From positions 1-47,196 of the IMG/VR virus record IMGVR_UViG_3300044477_000031: 47,196 bases of DNA; one strand, written 5' to 3'. The notes beneath the pieces are model-generated. The model was not told where the DNA came from. It worked only from the letters and a program-made list of their open reading frames with translations, and made no database searches. Every line of letters begins with the position of its first letter. Position 1 is the stretch's first letter. The position numbers and the translations under genes were made by a program. Shown here piece by piece: positions 9,940 through 18,851 of this stretch. The stretch comes from a virus (Duplodnaviria > Caudoviricetes).

Positions 9940-10176
9940 TTACCTCATCGCCTGTAGGAAGTCTTCATAGATATCTCGGATATCGTTGTCCAGTTTTGTT
10001 ATTAGGTAGCGATGAATAAAGAAGTTCCATGAACTTTGCATCTGCATCGATACCATTCCGATACCTTCGCGCATAATCCGTTCACGTTCCTTCTCGATCA
10101 TGCCAGCATTGCATCGTTCGCACGTTAAGCCGTTCGTACCACTGCAAGGCGTTTCGCAAAGATTGACTGTGCTCAT
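9940..10176 (-). CDS. hypothetical Cys-containing protein
   Basis: ORF in operon. Confidence 0.55.
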   Translation of the reverse strand: MSTVNLCETPCSGTNGLTCERCNAGMIEKERERIMREGIGMVSMQMQSSWNFFIHRYLITKLDNDIRDIYEDFLQAMR

Positions 10177-10430
10177 TTTTTCAGCGCCTTGATTTTATCC
10201 ATGCCAAGTATTCCGTTAACGTTACACTTACACGGCTTAGTGTTCCAGACCTTCTTATCGCAAGGCCATCGATTTTTACAGGATCCATTGCGGAAGTAAA
10301 TGCAAATAGTTTCGCTCATATTCGCCCCGTGTTAAAAGCGCGCACAAGCGCGAACGCTTCCTGCAAGTCCCCTGCTTCGATCCACGTTCCGCGAACGTAG
10401 ACGCTCCATATACCGTTAGTTCGTTTCATG

Positions 10431-10643
10431 TCACGCTCCCTTTACGGCTTCAAGACGAGCCGCGCCGCCAATAGCTACAAAGTCGCCGGAAGCATTCTGT
10501 ACTTCGACATATCGAACGCAGTGCGGCCTATTCGCTTCGATCATCTTTGCTTGTGCTACTATCTGCGCTTCAACCGCGTTGAAAGCCGATACCGTCAGTT
10601 CGTCGTACGTTGTAAAAACTACCTTGTAAAGATTTCGTTTCAT
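10431..10643 (-). CDS. hypothetical protein
   Basis: AAGGAG RBS. Confidence 0.65.
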   Translation of the reverse strand: MKRNLYKVVFTTYDELTVSAFNAVEAQIVAQAKMIEANRPHCVRYVEVQNASGDFVAIGGAARLEAVKGA

Positions 10644-10653
10644 CGTCTGCTCC

Positions 10654-11310
10654 TTATCTCAAATACTGCATATACAGGGTGTATATAACGTCATATCCAT
10701 CGGCGTTATAATGTATCCCTGAACCATCATCATAAATCTCATTTATGTATAACGGGCTTGTTCTATCGCTTAAAGTTTCTGCAAGCGGTATCAACGTAAC
10801 TGATTGAACGATTGGCAGATACCCGTTTATTGCAAGAGCGTTATTTGAAATTGCGTTTACCTTATCAATCGTTTTTGCTTTATTCGGGCAGCATCCCGGT
10901 ATAGTGGTAACAAAAACACGGCTTGATATTGTATACGCGATACATAGACATGACCGAATATTTTTAACACTTTGCATCGTAGACAGATTACTTGCCCAAT
11001 CATTCACGCCTACCGATACGATAACCGCATCAAACCGGATACCGGTATCAGCAATGGCAGAAAGTATGTCGACGTTATCGCCTGAATCAGAACCGCCAAC
11101 GCCGTAATCGAAAACGTCGTAATCGGTGAAAAGCTCGACCGGGAATATAGCAACGCGGCTATCACCAATCAGGCAAAGATTAGGTTTTTCGGTATCAATA
11201 ACGGGATGAGCCAGAACCGCTTCCACCGCGCTATCAGAACCGACCGATTGAGCACAACCGGCAAAAACCGCGATGCTTGCCGAAACCATGATTGCCAGTG
11301 CTTTATTCAT
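10654..11310 (-). CDS. SGNH/GDSL hydrolase lipoprotein
   Basis: Signal peptide ending VFAGC; blocks GDS, GVGG, GVND and DGSGIHYN. Confidence 0.85.
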   Translation of the reverse strand: MNKALAIMVSASIAVFAGCAQSVGSDSAVEAVLAHPVIDTEKPNLCLIGDSRVAIFPVELFTDYDVFDYGVGGSDSGDNVDILSAIADTGIRFDAVIVSVGVNDWASNLSTMQSVKNIRSCLCIAYTISSRVFVTTIPGCCPNKAKTIDKVNAISNNALAINGYLPIVQSVTLIPLAETLSDRTSPLYINEIYDDGSGIHYNADGYDVIYTLYMQYLR

Positions 11311-11351
11311 ACCGTCCATCCTTTGCGTTTTCAACGCCCTATCTGATATTA

Positions 11352-11555
11352 AATATATACAGAAAATGCTTTCTTGTAAAGCTATTTTTTAATTATTTCA
11401 GACGATTTATAACGATTTATTCGCTTATTTTACAAGTGTTTTCTATATACTAGATATAATGGTTTATCTATAAGCAAGATGCTTATTTATATTTTATATA
11501 TACTTTTCACGTTTTTAATGCTTTACAAAAAAACAAAGTTACTATATATTTAATC
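11352..11555. promoter_or_regulatory. divergent early promoters
   Basis: TTTACA-17 nt-TATATT on both strands, each followed by TAAT, in an AT-rich intergenic region between divergent operons. Confidence 0.7.
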
Positions 11556-11568
11556 ATATCAAGGAGGC

Positions 11569-11853
11569 ATGAAATTGGACGGAAAAGAAGAACTTGCGCC
11601 GGGTAAAACTTGCTGGCACTTCTTTCGCGGATCGCTTTCTATCGTCACGATAACCGACATCATGGAAAATGATATGGCCTATCGTGCAACGGTTGATAGC
11701 GGATTCAGGAAAGGCGAAAGCTTTCCGGTACTAGGGGATAACCTGTATCGGTTTCCTGAAGACAAGGATCGGCTGCTTATTGCAATCGATAATGAAACAG
11801 AGCTTTTGCGTATGTACAAAAGCCAAGTGATCTTGAAAAAGAAGGTGATATGA
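11569..11853 (+). CDS. hypothetical protein
   Basis: AAGGAGG RBS; first gene of the rightward operon. Confidence 0.7.
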   Translation: MKLDGKEELAPGKTCWHFFRGSLSIVTITDIMENDMAYRATVDSGFRKGESFPVLGDNLYRFPEDKDRLLIAIDNETELLRMYKSQVILKKKVI

Positions 11854-11978
11854 GAAAGCCAAGCAAAGGCGAGATTATTTTCGGCGTGTTCTTTGTTCTG
11901 GTATTCGGTTTCCTTACATGGATAAATATAGCCATTATTCAAGGCTATCCAATTTTCGGTTTTTAAGGAGTTGAAACG

Positions 11979-12623
11979 ATGGGAATACCCTGTATGATTT
12001 TGGGCCGGTCTGGAGTAGGGAAAAGCGCGAGCATGCGCAACATTCCCGAAGATCGGTATTCATTGGTTGAAGTCAACGGAAAGCCGTTGCCGTTCAAGAC
12101 AAAAAAGCAAGCGTATAACACCGACGATTACGCGAAGATATCGCGCTTTATGCACGATACACCGGCTGATATCATCGTCATCGATGACAGTCAGTATCTC
12201 ATGGCTAATGAGTTTATGCGGCGCGGCAAGGAAAAGGGATACGAAAAGTTTACCGAAATCGGTATCAACTTTTGGAATCTCATCAATGAAGTCCAGAAAC
12301 TTCCAGCAAACAAGATCGTCTATTTCCTTCACCATACCGAAACTGACATTAACGGCGACGTAAAGGAAAAAACTATCGGTAAAATGCTGGACGAAAAAAT
12401 CTGCATCGCCGGAATGTTCACTATCGTGCTATTTGCTGACAAATGCGATAAGGAATACTTTTTCTCCACGCAGTCAGACGGTAAGACGCCCGCGAAAACC
12501 CCTATGGGTATGTTCGATAAAGCGACTATCGACAATGACCTGTACGCGGTTGACGCGGCTATCCGCGCTTACTATGAGTTTGCCGAGCCGTCGATCATCC
12601 CGGCAAAGAAGGCCGCTAAATGA
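11979..12623 (+). CDS. Sak4-like (AAA_24) ATPase / ssDNA annealing protein
   Basis: GRSGVGKS Walker A, VIDDSQYLM, TIGKMLDEK, AKTPMGMF. Confidence 0.85.
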   Translation: MGIPCMILGRSGVGKSASMRNIPEDRYSLVEVNGKPLPFKTKKQAYNTDDYAKISRFMHDTPADIIVIDDSQYLMANEFMRRGKEKGYEKFTEIGINFWNLINEVQKLPANKIVYFLHHTETDINGDVKEKTIGKMLDEKICIAGMFTIVLFADKCDKEYFFSTQSDGKTPAKTPMGMFDKATIDNDLYAVDAAIRAYYEFAEPSIIPAKKAAK

Positions 12624-13483
12624 AAATAACTAACCGCATGAATCTTCCATCGGCTATCGTAGCCGCTTGCCAGACTGACCAGCATAACAAAGCCGGTAAC
12701 TATTCGATAACGACTCTTTTGAAGGGGACAAAAGAGATCGTGCTTACCGCTCGCCATTGGGATGAACTTGAAGAGGATGCCGCCGATAGCATCTGGAAGA
12801 TTTTCGGAAGTGCCGTTCATTCGGTGCTTGAATCAAACGGTAAAGACGGTTTCGCAGAGGAACGCATGACACTTGAGTTTAACGGCGTGACGATTACCGG
12901 GACGATTGACCTTTACGACATGGCGCGGGGAGTGATCGAGGATTACAAAACAGCGTCTGTCTGGAAGATCATTGTCGGCGACTTCAAAGACTGGCACCAG
13001 CAGGGCGTTGGTTATGCGTGGCTTGCGCGTAACAATGGACTCGCGGCGAACGCTTGCAGGTTCACTGCGTTGCTTAAAGACCACAAGAAAGGCGAAGCGC
13101 GGCGCGATAGCAAGTATCCGCAATCTCCCGTCACTGTCTATGAGTTCCCGGTAACCGACGCGGATATATACGACTTTGAGCGTTTTGTCCGCGAGAAGAT
13201 TGCCGATATAATCGCCGCGAATGCTATGCCGGATGATGAAATCGCACCTTGCACCGCCGCCGAAAGATGGGAAAAGGAAACAGTCTACGCGGTTATGAAA
13301 GCAGGGCGCAAGTCATCGCTTAAGAACTTTACCGATAAGGTAGAGGCCGAAAAGTTTGCGGCTGACAATCCGGGTACGTTTATCGAAACGCGTCCCGGCG
13401 ATAGCGTGAAGTGCCGAGAATATTGCAGTGTTTGTGAACACTGCCACTTCTATAAAAACATGATTCAGGAGGAATCGAAATGA
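12620..13483 (+). CDS. PD-(D/E)XK (Cas4-like) exonuclease
   Basis: GSAVH, GTIDLYD...IEDYKT, C-terminal CxxYCxxxxxC. Confidence 0.85.
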   Translation: MKITNRMNLPSAIVAACQTDQHNKAGNYSITTLLKGTKEIVLTARHWDELEEDAADSIWKIFGSAVHSVLESNGKDGFAEERMTLEFNGVTITGTIDLYDMARGVIEDYKTASVWKIIVGDFKDWHQQGVGYAWLARNNGLAANACRFTALLKDHKKGEARRDSKYPQSPVTVYEFPVTDADIYDFERFVREKIADIIAANAMPDDEIAPCTAAERWEKETVYAVMKAGRKSSLKNFTDKVEAEKFAADNPGTFIETRPGDSVKCREYCSVCEHCHFYKNMIQEESK

Positions 13484-14001
13484 TTGGAGACAATTACACA
13501 AGCGATGACATGGGCGCGGCTTTCGAGGAAGGCAAAAAATTGCTGACCGTCGAAAAGATCGAGTTCGTAACATCGACGAACAAAGGAACCGAAGGGATAA
13601 AGGTTCACTTCCTTTTCGGTAGTAACCATGAATACAAAATGAATAAGACGTTTTGGGAATCGAAGTTGCTTAATCGTTTCCTTACGTCATTCATTTCGGC
13701 ATTGAAGCTCGAACCGAAAGAACTTGACGCAGCCGCAAAAGTCGGACGTTTCCGCGAATGGCTTGAGCGTTACGTTCCAGGACGATCCGGTGAGTTCCAC
13801 TGCGAGAAAGGCGAACCGAACGGCGAAGGCAAGCGGTATCTTTCACCGTGGACGCAAGCAGAACTTGACCTACGCGAGTGGCAGCGTTCGCAAGGCAATT
13901 CCCCCACGGCGCCAGAACCTACCGCTGGCAATCGTTTCGCAGACGGTTCAAGCGCGGACGATACTACGCCGCCCGACTTCCCGGATGATATTCCGTTTTG
14001 A
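13480..14001 (+). CDS. single-stranded DNA-binding-like protein
   Basis: Acidic DDIPF tail; follows the Sak4-like and exonuclease genes. Confidence 0.7.
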   Translation: MIGDNYTSDDMGAAFEEGKKLLTVEKIEFVTSTNKGTEGIKVHFLFGSNHEYKMNKTFWESKLLNRFLTSFISALKLEPKELDAAAKVGRFREWLERYVPGRSGEFHCEKGEPNGEGKRYLSPWTQAELDLREWQRSQGNSPTAPEPTAGNRFADGSSADDTTPPDFPDDIPF

Positions 14002-14077
14002 TCTAACCAGCTCCCGCTCAATACCGGGCGGGAGATAAACCGCAAGCCGTGGGCGTATCACGGCAAAGGATGAAATT

Positions 14078-14233
14078 ATGATTCTGTGCTACGGAAAAGA
14101 AGTTAAATCTATCGAGCTAATTCAAAACAAGTGGGGTGTTCGCGCACTTGTTCAGTACGCAAATACCGGCAAGCAGCATGACGTATCACTCGAATCAATT
14201 TCGTGGGTATCGCCCAATTGGTTCGATAAGTAA
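14078..14233 (+). CDS. hypothetical protein (51 aa)
   Basis: Manual ORF MILCYGKEVK...; AAGGA RBS. Confidence 0.45.
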   Translation: MILCYGKEVKSIELIQNKWGVRALVQYANTGKQHDVSLESISWVSPNWFDK

Positions 14234-14287
14234 CCAACCATCATCCCGTCTGAAACATGGCGGGATATTTTCAAGGAGTGAAATGAA

Positions 14288-14476
14288 ATGCAAATAGCCG
14301 CAACTATTCGATACTTTGAACAAATCAGCCCTGAAGGACATATTCAGATGTATGCTAAAACCTTCATGTTTAGTGAAAAAGACACGATTGAATATATGCT
14401 GAAATGTACCGGTATGAAAAATGTTTGCGATCTTAACTTGACGCAAGTTGCAACTGATACAGAATACAAAGCATGA
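14288..14476 (+). CDS. hypothetical protein
   Basis: AAGGAG RBS. Confidence 0.6.
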   Translation: MQIAATIRYFEQISPEGHIQMYAKTFMFSEKDTIEYMLKCTGMKNVCDLNLTQVATDTEYKA

Positions 14477-15123
14477 AAAAACTATTCTTTCGTGGAACTG
14501 TCTCAATCGAAGACTACCGCCGTTTCGTTTCTACCAATCCGCAAGGGCTTGCAGAGAACGTCTTCATAGCGCGGTATGACTTAGGGTTTAAGCAAATCTA
14601 TCGCCAATGGCTACAGAATACGTTTGACATAAATGACAAGCGAAAGGCGAAAGGGAAAGAGGCCGTTGAACTTGATATAACCGTCAAGGCGTATTATGAC
14701 GATAGGACGGTATCGGAAAACGCTCTACTATGGAAGCTCTATACCAATATCGCCGATATAATGAACCATGAAAGCAAAGGCCCTTTCGTAACACCTCAAA
14801 ACCTATATGACATCGACATGGAAGACTATGCGCCTGTTCACGAAATCGATGTACCGGACAACCTTGTTTCTGCTTTCATCCTTGTAGCAGACATGGGAGA
14901 GGATAATATCAAAGGCCATCTGGTAAAGAAGATCGATAACGGAAACGGGACGCATCATCTTGTATTTCGTGAGACTTCTAGTTTTTGGGATACCGTTCGT
15001 TTCTCTGACCTGATAAAAGCGAAGATAGATGAACTGGAAGACATGGGCCGCACACGATGGAATGACGGTTTCGTTAAGGCAATTATCGACGACTTCCACG
15101 CGCACATGAAGGACAAGAAATGA
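14473..15123 (+). CDS. NinB/Orf-like recombination protein
   Basis: RTVSENALLWKLYTNIA and TSSFWDTVRFSDLIKAKIDELEDMG resemble NinB-family motifs. Confidence 0.65.
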   Translation: MKKLFFRGTVSIEDYRRFVSTNPQGLAENVFIARYDLGFKQIYRQWLQNTFDINDKRKAKGKEAVELDITVKAYYDDRTVSENALLWKLYTNIADIMNHESKGPFVTPQNLYDIDMEDYAPVHEIDVPDNLVSAFILVADMGEDNIKGHLVKKIDNGNGTHHLVFRETSSFWDTVRFSDLIKAKIDELEDMGRTRWNDGFVKAIIDDFHAHMKDKK

Positions 15124-15461
15124 TCTTTTACCGTATCCAAAACGCCCGAGGTGAAGGCCCGTTCTATCCAGGTATAACGCGCAAATGGATTGATGGAAGT
15201 ATTGACCGCCCGCAAGCTCCGATACAAGAGCAAATGAAATTACTGCGAGGCCGTAAAGAAGGCGAGTTTTATTGCTACGCTTGCGAGTCGGTCGATGATT
15301 TGCGGTTCTGGTTTAGCGAACCGGAATACAAGAAACTCAAGAAACTTGGGTATTTCGCGTATAAAGTTGACGCTGAATTAGTCGCACGGCTTGACCGGCA
15401 ATGCCTCATAAAGACAGAAAAGAAGCTGAAAAAAGTTTCGCTACCATTTCAGCTTTATTGA
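15120..15461 (+). CDS. hypothetical protein
   Basis: ORF with ATGA overlap. Confidence 0.65.
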   Translation: MIFYRIQNARGEGPFYPGITRKWIDGSIDRPQAPIQEQMKLLRGRKEGEFYCYACESVDDLRFWFSEPEYKKLKKLGYFAYKVDAELVARLDRQCLIKTEKKLKKVSLPFQLY

Positions 15462-15562
15462 AAGTTGACATACCGGTTGTAATCGTTTTCTAAGTAGCAA
15501 GCCTGTACAGCCCTTCAATGTTATGTTATAATCCATGAAACTACCTTAAGGAGGTATTTTGC

Positions 15563-15739
15563 ATGGCGAGGCGTGTTGTTTTCGATGCAACGGATAATCA
15601 GATTGAACGGTTTATTGCTCTAGGTGAGCATGAAAAAGAGATTGGTATTATGGCTCGAAAGGCATTTGAGGAATGGCTTAAAAGGCGAGAATCAAGAGCC
15701 GATAGGTCTAAACGTCAAAAAGCCGGTATAGGCCGGTAA
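15563..15739 (+). CDS. small RHH-like protein (58 aa)
   Basis: Manual ORF MARRVVFDATDNQIERF...; AAGGAGGT RBS and upstream TATAAT. Confidence 0.6.
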   Translation: MARRVVFDATDNQIERFIALGEHEKEIGIMARKAFEEWLKRRESRADRSKRQKAGIGR

Positions 15740-15749
15740 GGAGTAACCC

Positions 15750-16007
15750 ATGCTACATATCAGCTACGAGGACTTTGCCATCGCGCTTTTCGTCGCCTTC
15801 GCTCTCGGCCTTTGCGTCGTGAGTTTTATCGTGTTGCATGAGCAAGAGAAGAAAATCGAGCCGACGGATGAGCAAGTTGATGAAGCATGTTCGCATATGA
15901 ACCCGTTTCATAATGCTTGTACCGATGAGTGGAAGGTTAAAAACCGGCCATACGCTGTTGCATGGCTTGAGGCATGGGAAGCGGCATTGAAAGGATGCAG
16001 GAAGTGA
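15750..16007 (+). CDS. hypothetical membrane-anchored protein
   Basis: AAGGAG RBS, N-terminal TM helix. Confidence 0.65.
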   Translation: MLHISYEDFAIALFVAFALGLCVVSFIVLHEQEKKIEPTDEQVDEACSHMNPFHNACTDEWKVKNRPYAVAWLEAWEAALKGCRK

Positions 16008-16369
16008 ACGCAAAAGAATTAGCGATTGACATTGCAGAAAGTTTTACCGATTGGATGGGTCCATCTTGGCCAATGTGCGGTGCCCAAAACGCTACGAATA
16101 AGCTCGCAGAGATAACAGAAAAAAGACTTTCCGTGTTTGAATCAGAAAAACCAGATGTATGGATAAGCGTAAAAGACAGACTGCCGGTATCGGGAAACCC
16201 TAAAGATGAAAATCTAGGATGGATCGTGTACAAGCCAAGGGCGATAGAAAAGAAGGTTGAAACTACGTATGTTCATCCCGATTGGTGGAGACTTGACGAA
16301 GGAACGACGCAAGAGATCACCCATTGGCAACCCTTTCCCGAACCGCCTAAAACGGCAACCACTTCTTAA
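15974..16369 (+). CDS. DUF551-like protein
   Basis: WISVKDRLP...ITHWQPFPEPP. Confidence 0.8.
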   Translation: MGSGIERMQEVNAKELAIDIAESFTDWMGPSWPMCGAQNATNKLAEITEKRLSVFESEKPDVWISVKDRLPVSGNPKDENLGWIVYKPRAIEKKVETTYVHPDWWRLDEGTTQEITHWQPFPEPPKTATTS

Positions 16370-16793
16370 ACTTCATTAACGCACATAATCCAGCAATTAC
16401 TGCAAGCGCGACGAGTATCGAAAGATACAAATTGCGTTGGCCTTTTAGTTTCTCGACATCAATCGCTAATTTGAACATGACTTTTGACGCTTTCTCAGCC
16501 GCCTTAATATAATCTACAATAGCCGCGTTAGCCGTCTTGATATCTGCATTGAGTTTAACCGCGCTCGCTTCAAGAGTCTTTGCTTTCGCTATTAATGCGG
16601 GATCCTTAACGAGAGTTACGATCTCGTGCGCTTGCGTCTCGACTGTCTGACCGCCTATAATGACATCGGTTTGCGTTTCTATAACGCTACCTGAATCAAT
16701 AGTTGGTATAACAGTTTGACAGCCAGTACAGCCGACGATACACGCGAGAGTAACGACGATAAGAAAAACAATAACGTCAATATTTAACTTCAT
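16347..16793 (-). CDS. lipoprotein with C-terminal TM helix, candidate unimolecular spanin
   Basis: Lipobox-like ACIVGC/CTGC, coiled-coil middle, C-terminal TM plus basic tail; last gene of the lysis cassette. Confidence 0.6.
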   Translation of the reverse strand: MKLNIDVIVFLIVVTLACIVGCTGCQTVIPTIDSGSVIETQTDVIIGGQTVETQAHEIVTLVKDPALIAKAKTLEASAVKLNADIKTANAAIVDYIKAAEKASKVMFKLAIDVEKLKGQRNLYLSILVALAVIAGLCALMKFKKWLPF

Positions 16794-17377
16794 ACCCAAG
16801 CCGTCCTTTGTCGATATTCTGCCGGTGAGTGACCTGAAAGCCATGTAAGCAGTTTATATCCGCTTGGCTTGCTTGCCTTTCCGGTCAGTTTAACGCACTG
16901 ACCTACGTGCTTGTATCCTAATACCATCGGGATAAAATAAACAAGGTCACGCGGATTATGATAGTTTACAACGTGCGAGAAACGCGACTTGAGTTTCTTT
17001 GACGGATTCAATATCGAAGGAGGACAGCCGAAAGTTATGGTGACATCCGGCTCAAACCCCATGCGATGATAAAAGTTTTCATGCGCACGGATTGCAAGCG
17101 CTGCGCCTTGGGAATAACCGACTATCTTGTGAAAGGAAAGTTTTTCGATATCGTGACGGATTGATTCCCATAGTTCATTAAACCCTTTATGCCCGATAAA
17201 CTTGACTTGCGAATCTTTGTATACATCACCCCATGCCATGAAGTTGAAATCCCAATCACTCTTTCCGTTTGAACACTGGAAATACAGCGTATCGTCAATG
17301 ACCTTGTATTGAACGTCTTTACCGGCTGTAGTCCATCCTTGACCGGTTACCTTATTGAATTGCTCAAGTAAACTCAT
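16790..17377 (-). CDS. class 3 lipase (alpha/beta hydrolase)
   Basis: GHKGF, GYSQG nucleophile elbow, TFGCP, DLV and C-terminal His. Confidence 0.88.
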   Translation of the reverse strand: MSLLEQFNKVTGQGWTTAGKDVQYKVIDDTLYFQCSNGKSDWDFNFMAWGDVYKDSQVKFIGHKGFNELWESIRHDIEKLSFHKIVGYSQGAALAIRAHENFYHRMGFEPDVTITFGCPPSILNPSKKLKSRFSHVVNYHNPRDLVYFIPMVLGYKHVGQCVKLTGKASKPSGYKLLTWLSGHSPAEYRQRTAWV

Positions 17378-17604
17378 TTTACGATCCTTGCTTTCTTCAC
17401 TCTACGCGGTTTGCGTTTCCGTTCTTCGCCTTCCTGATAGAACGTAAGACCGTTACGGAAAGAGAATGACTTAATATTGAGCCGGTCGAACGCAGCCGCG
17501 ATACTGAAAAGCAGAACAATAGCGCAAAACAGAATGAACGCCATGACGATAATAATCTCGACAAGCGACAACGCGGCTAACTTTGAAACGATTACTTCAT
17601 TCAT
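17374..17604 (-). CDS. putative holin
   Basis: Long hydrophobic segment and highly basic C-terminus, next to the endolysin. Confidence 0.55.
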   Translation of the reverse strand: MNEVIVSKLAALSLVEIIIVMAFILFCAIVLLFSIAAAFDRLNIKSFSFRNGLTFYQEGEERKRKPRRVKKARIVK

Positions 17605-18074
17605 GCTTTCCCCTTCGTCTCAAAAGAGACATATACGCAATTCCCGTATCCAGTTGTCTTATCAGTAATCAAAACAACTTTTCCAGTTATTGATCTATTC
17701 CAGTGTATCGAAAAATGCGACTTGTCATAATGCCGATCTATCGGCACAACGTCATAAGCTGGATGATCTTTTTTCCAGTCTATTTTATATTGTTGGTCAA
17801 GGTACTGCGTGGTAATAAACGGCTTGACTCCGAATAACTCATTATCAATAAAATAATCAAGTTGCGTTTTGTTTGCTTTCGGCTTTCCGGTATTGATTGC
17901 CGCAAGGTCATACGGCGCTTTCTGTTCGCCTTCAACGCAATCGATATGGAGGTGAATAGCGGTAGACAAGCCAGAATTGCCCATGATGCCGATAACGTCG
18001 CCACGCTTTACCGTGTCTCCTACTTTCCATTCTGGTTTGTCTCGCAAGTGTGCAAAACGAACTGTATATTTCAT
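17601..18074 (-). CDS. M23 peptidase endolysin, circularly permuted
   Basis: FAHL...VKRGDVIGIMGNSGLSTAIHLH lies N-terminal; HPAYD and GYGNCV lie C-terminal. Confidence 0.85.
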   Translation of the reverse strand: MKYTVRFAHLRDKPEWKVGDTVKRGDVIGIMGNSGLSTAIHLHIDCVEGEQKAPYDLAAINTGKPKANKTQLDYFIDNELFGVKPFITTQYLDQQYKIDWKKDHPAYDVVPIDRHYDKSHFSIHWNRSITGKVVLITDKTTGYGNCVYVSFETKGKA

Positions 18075-18086
18075 TGATAACTCCTT

Positions 18087-18842
18087 TTATATTTCCGCGT
18101 CTCTGAATGCGATGAAGGCAGCCCATGCGCCTTCAAAGGTTTCCGCGTTGTCTATAGCGTCTTTCACGGTACGGCAAGCGAATATTGATTGCTCTACCCA
18201 TGCGCTCATTTGTGATACCATGCTAATCATTTCCGCTTGAGTATCAATAGTTATCATATCATTCTCACACGTAATCCAGTAAAGAGGATATGCGCGGGAG
18301 CCTATTGATATTTCAGCGAGATATCCGGTAATGATCTTTTGAGAATCAATGTCAGATCGAACGTGCTTGCCTTTGAAGTCAATCTCTTTGTTGTAATATT
18401 TAGATTCTAAAATAAGCTGGCATTCATGGCGAAATATTTCGATAATTTCGTCTCTGTCTTTCGCATACCGTCCTGCGTACACTTCTTTTTCGGTACGCTC
18501 TCGCCATCCTTCAACTTCATCCCATATAGGACTATTAAGGCCATCGGGCGCAACGGTTATATACTCACCGTCCGGTTCAATGCCTATTTCGGTTATGTGT
18601 ACTTTATTCCCTGATTTATACCATGCGTTTAATGCCCGATAGTCTTTCTCTACGATCCAATCGCCATCTATAAAGCAAGGTATTTCAAACGCGTTATACT
18701 TAGGAGGCTTGACCGATGTATAAAACTTTGAGAACAGAAAATAATCCATCTCGTCATTATTCGGCGTATCTTTGAATCCTTTATCTTTATACGGAGAAGG
18801 AATCAGCGCGCCTGTATTTTCTTGATAGCACCATATACGCAT
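18087..18842 (-). CDS. tail fibre assembly protein (Tfa-like N-terminus, DUF4376-like C-terminus)
   Basis: WIVEKDYR...ITEIG...P motif and WITCEN; directly after the fibre gene. Confidence 0.75.
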   Translation of the reverse strand: MRIWCYQENTGALIPSPYKDKGFKDTPNNDEMDYFLFSKFYTSVKPPKYNAFEIPCFIDGDWIVEKDYRALNAWYKSGNKVHITEIGIEPDGEYITVAPDGLNSPIWDEVEGWRERTEKEVYAGRYAKDRDEIIEIFRHECQLILESKYYNKEIDFKGKHVRSDIDSQKIITGYLAEISIGSRAYPLYWITCENDMITIDTQAEMISMVSQMSAWVEQSIFACRTVKDAIDNAETFEGAWAAFIAFRDAEI

Positions 18843-18851
18843 TAGAGCTCC

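Noticed and set aside
14010-14270. Hairpins after the SSB-like gene as further attC sites
   Set aside because: They are short GC hairpins without paired AAC/GTT cores or L boxes; more likely terminators or processing stems.
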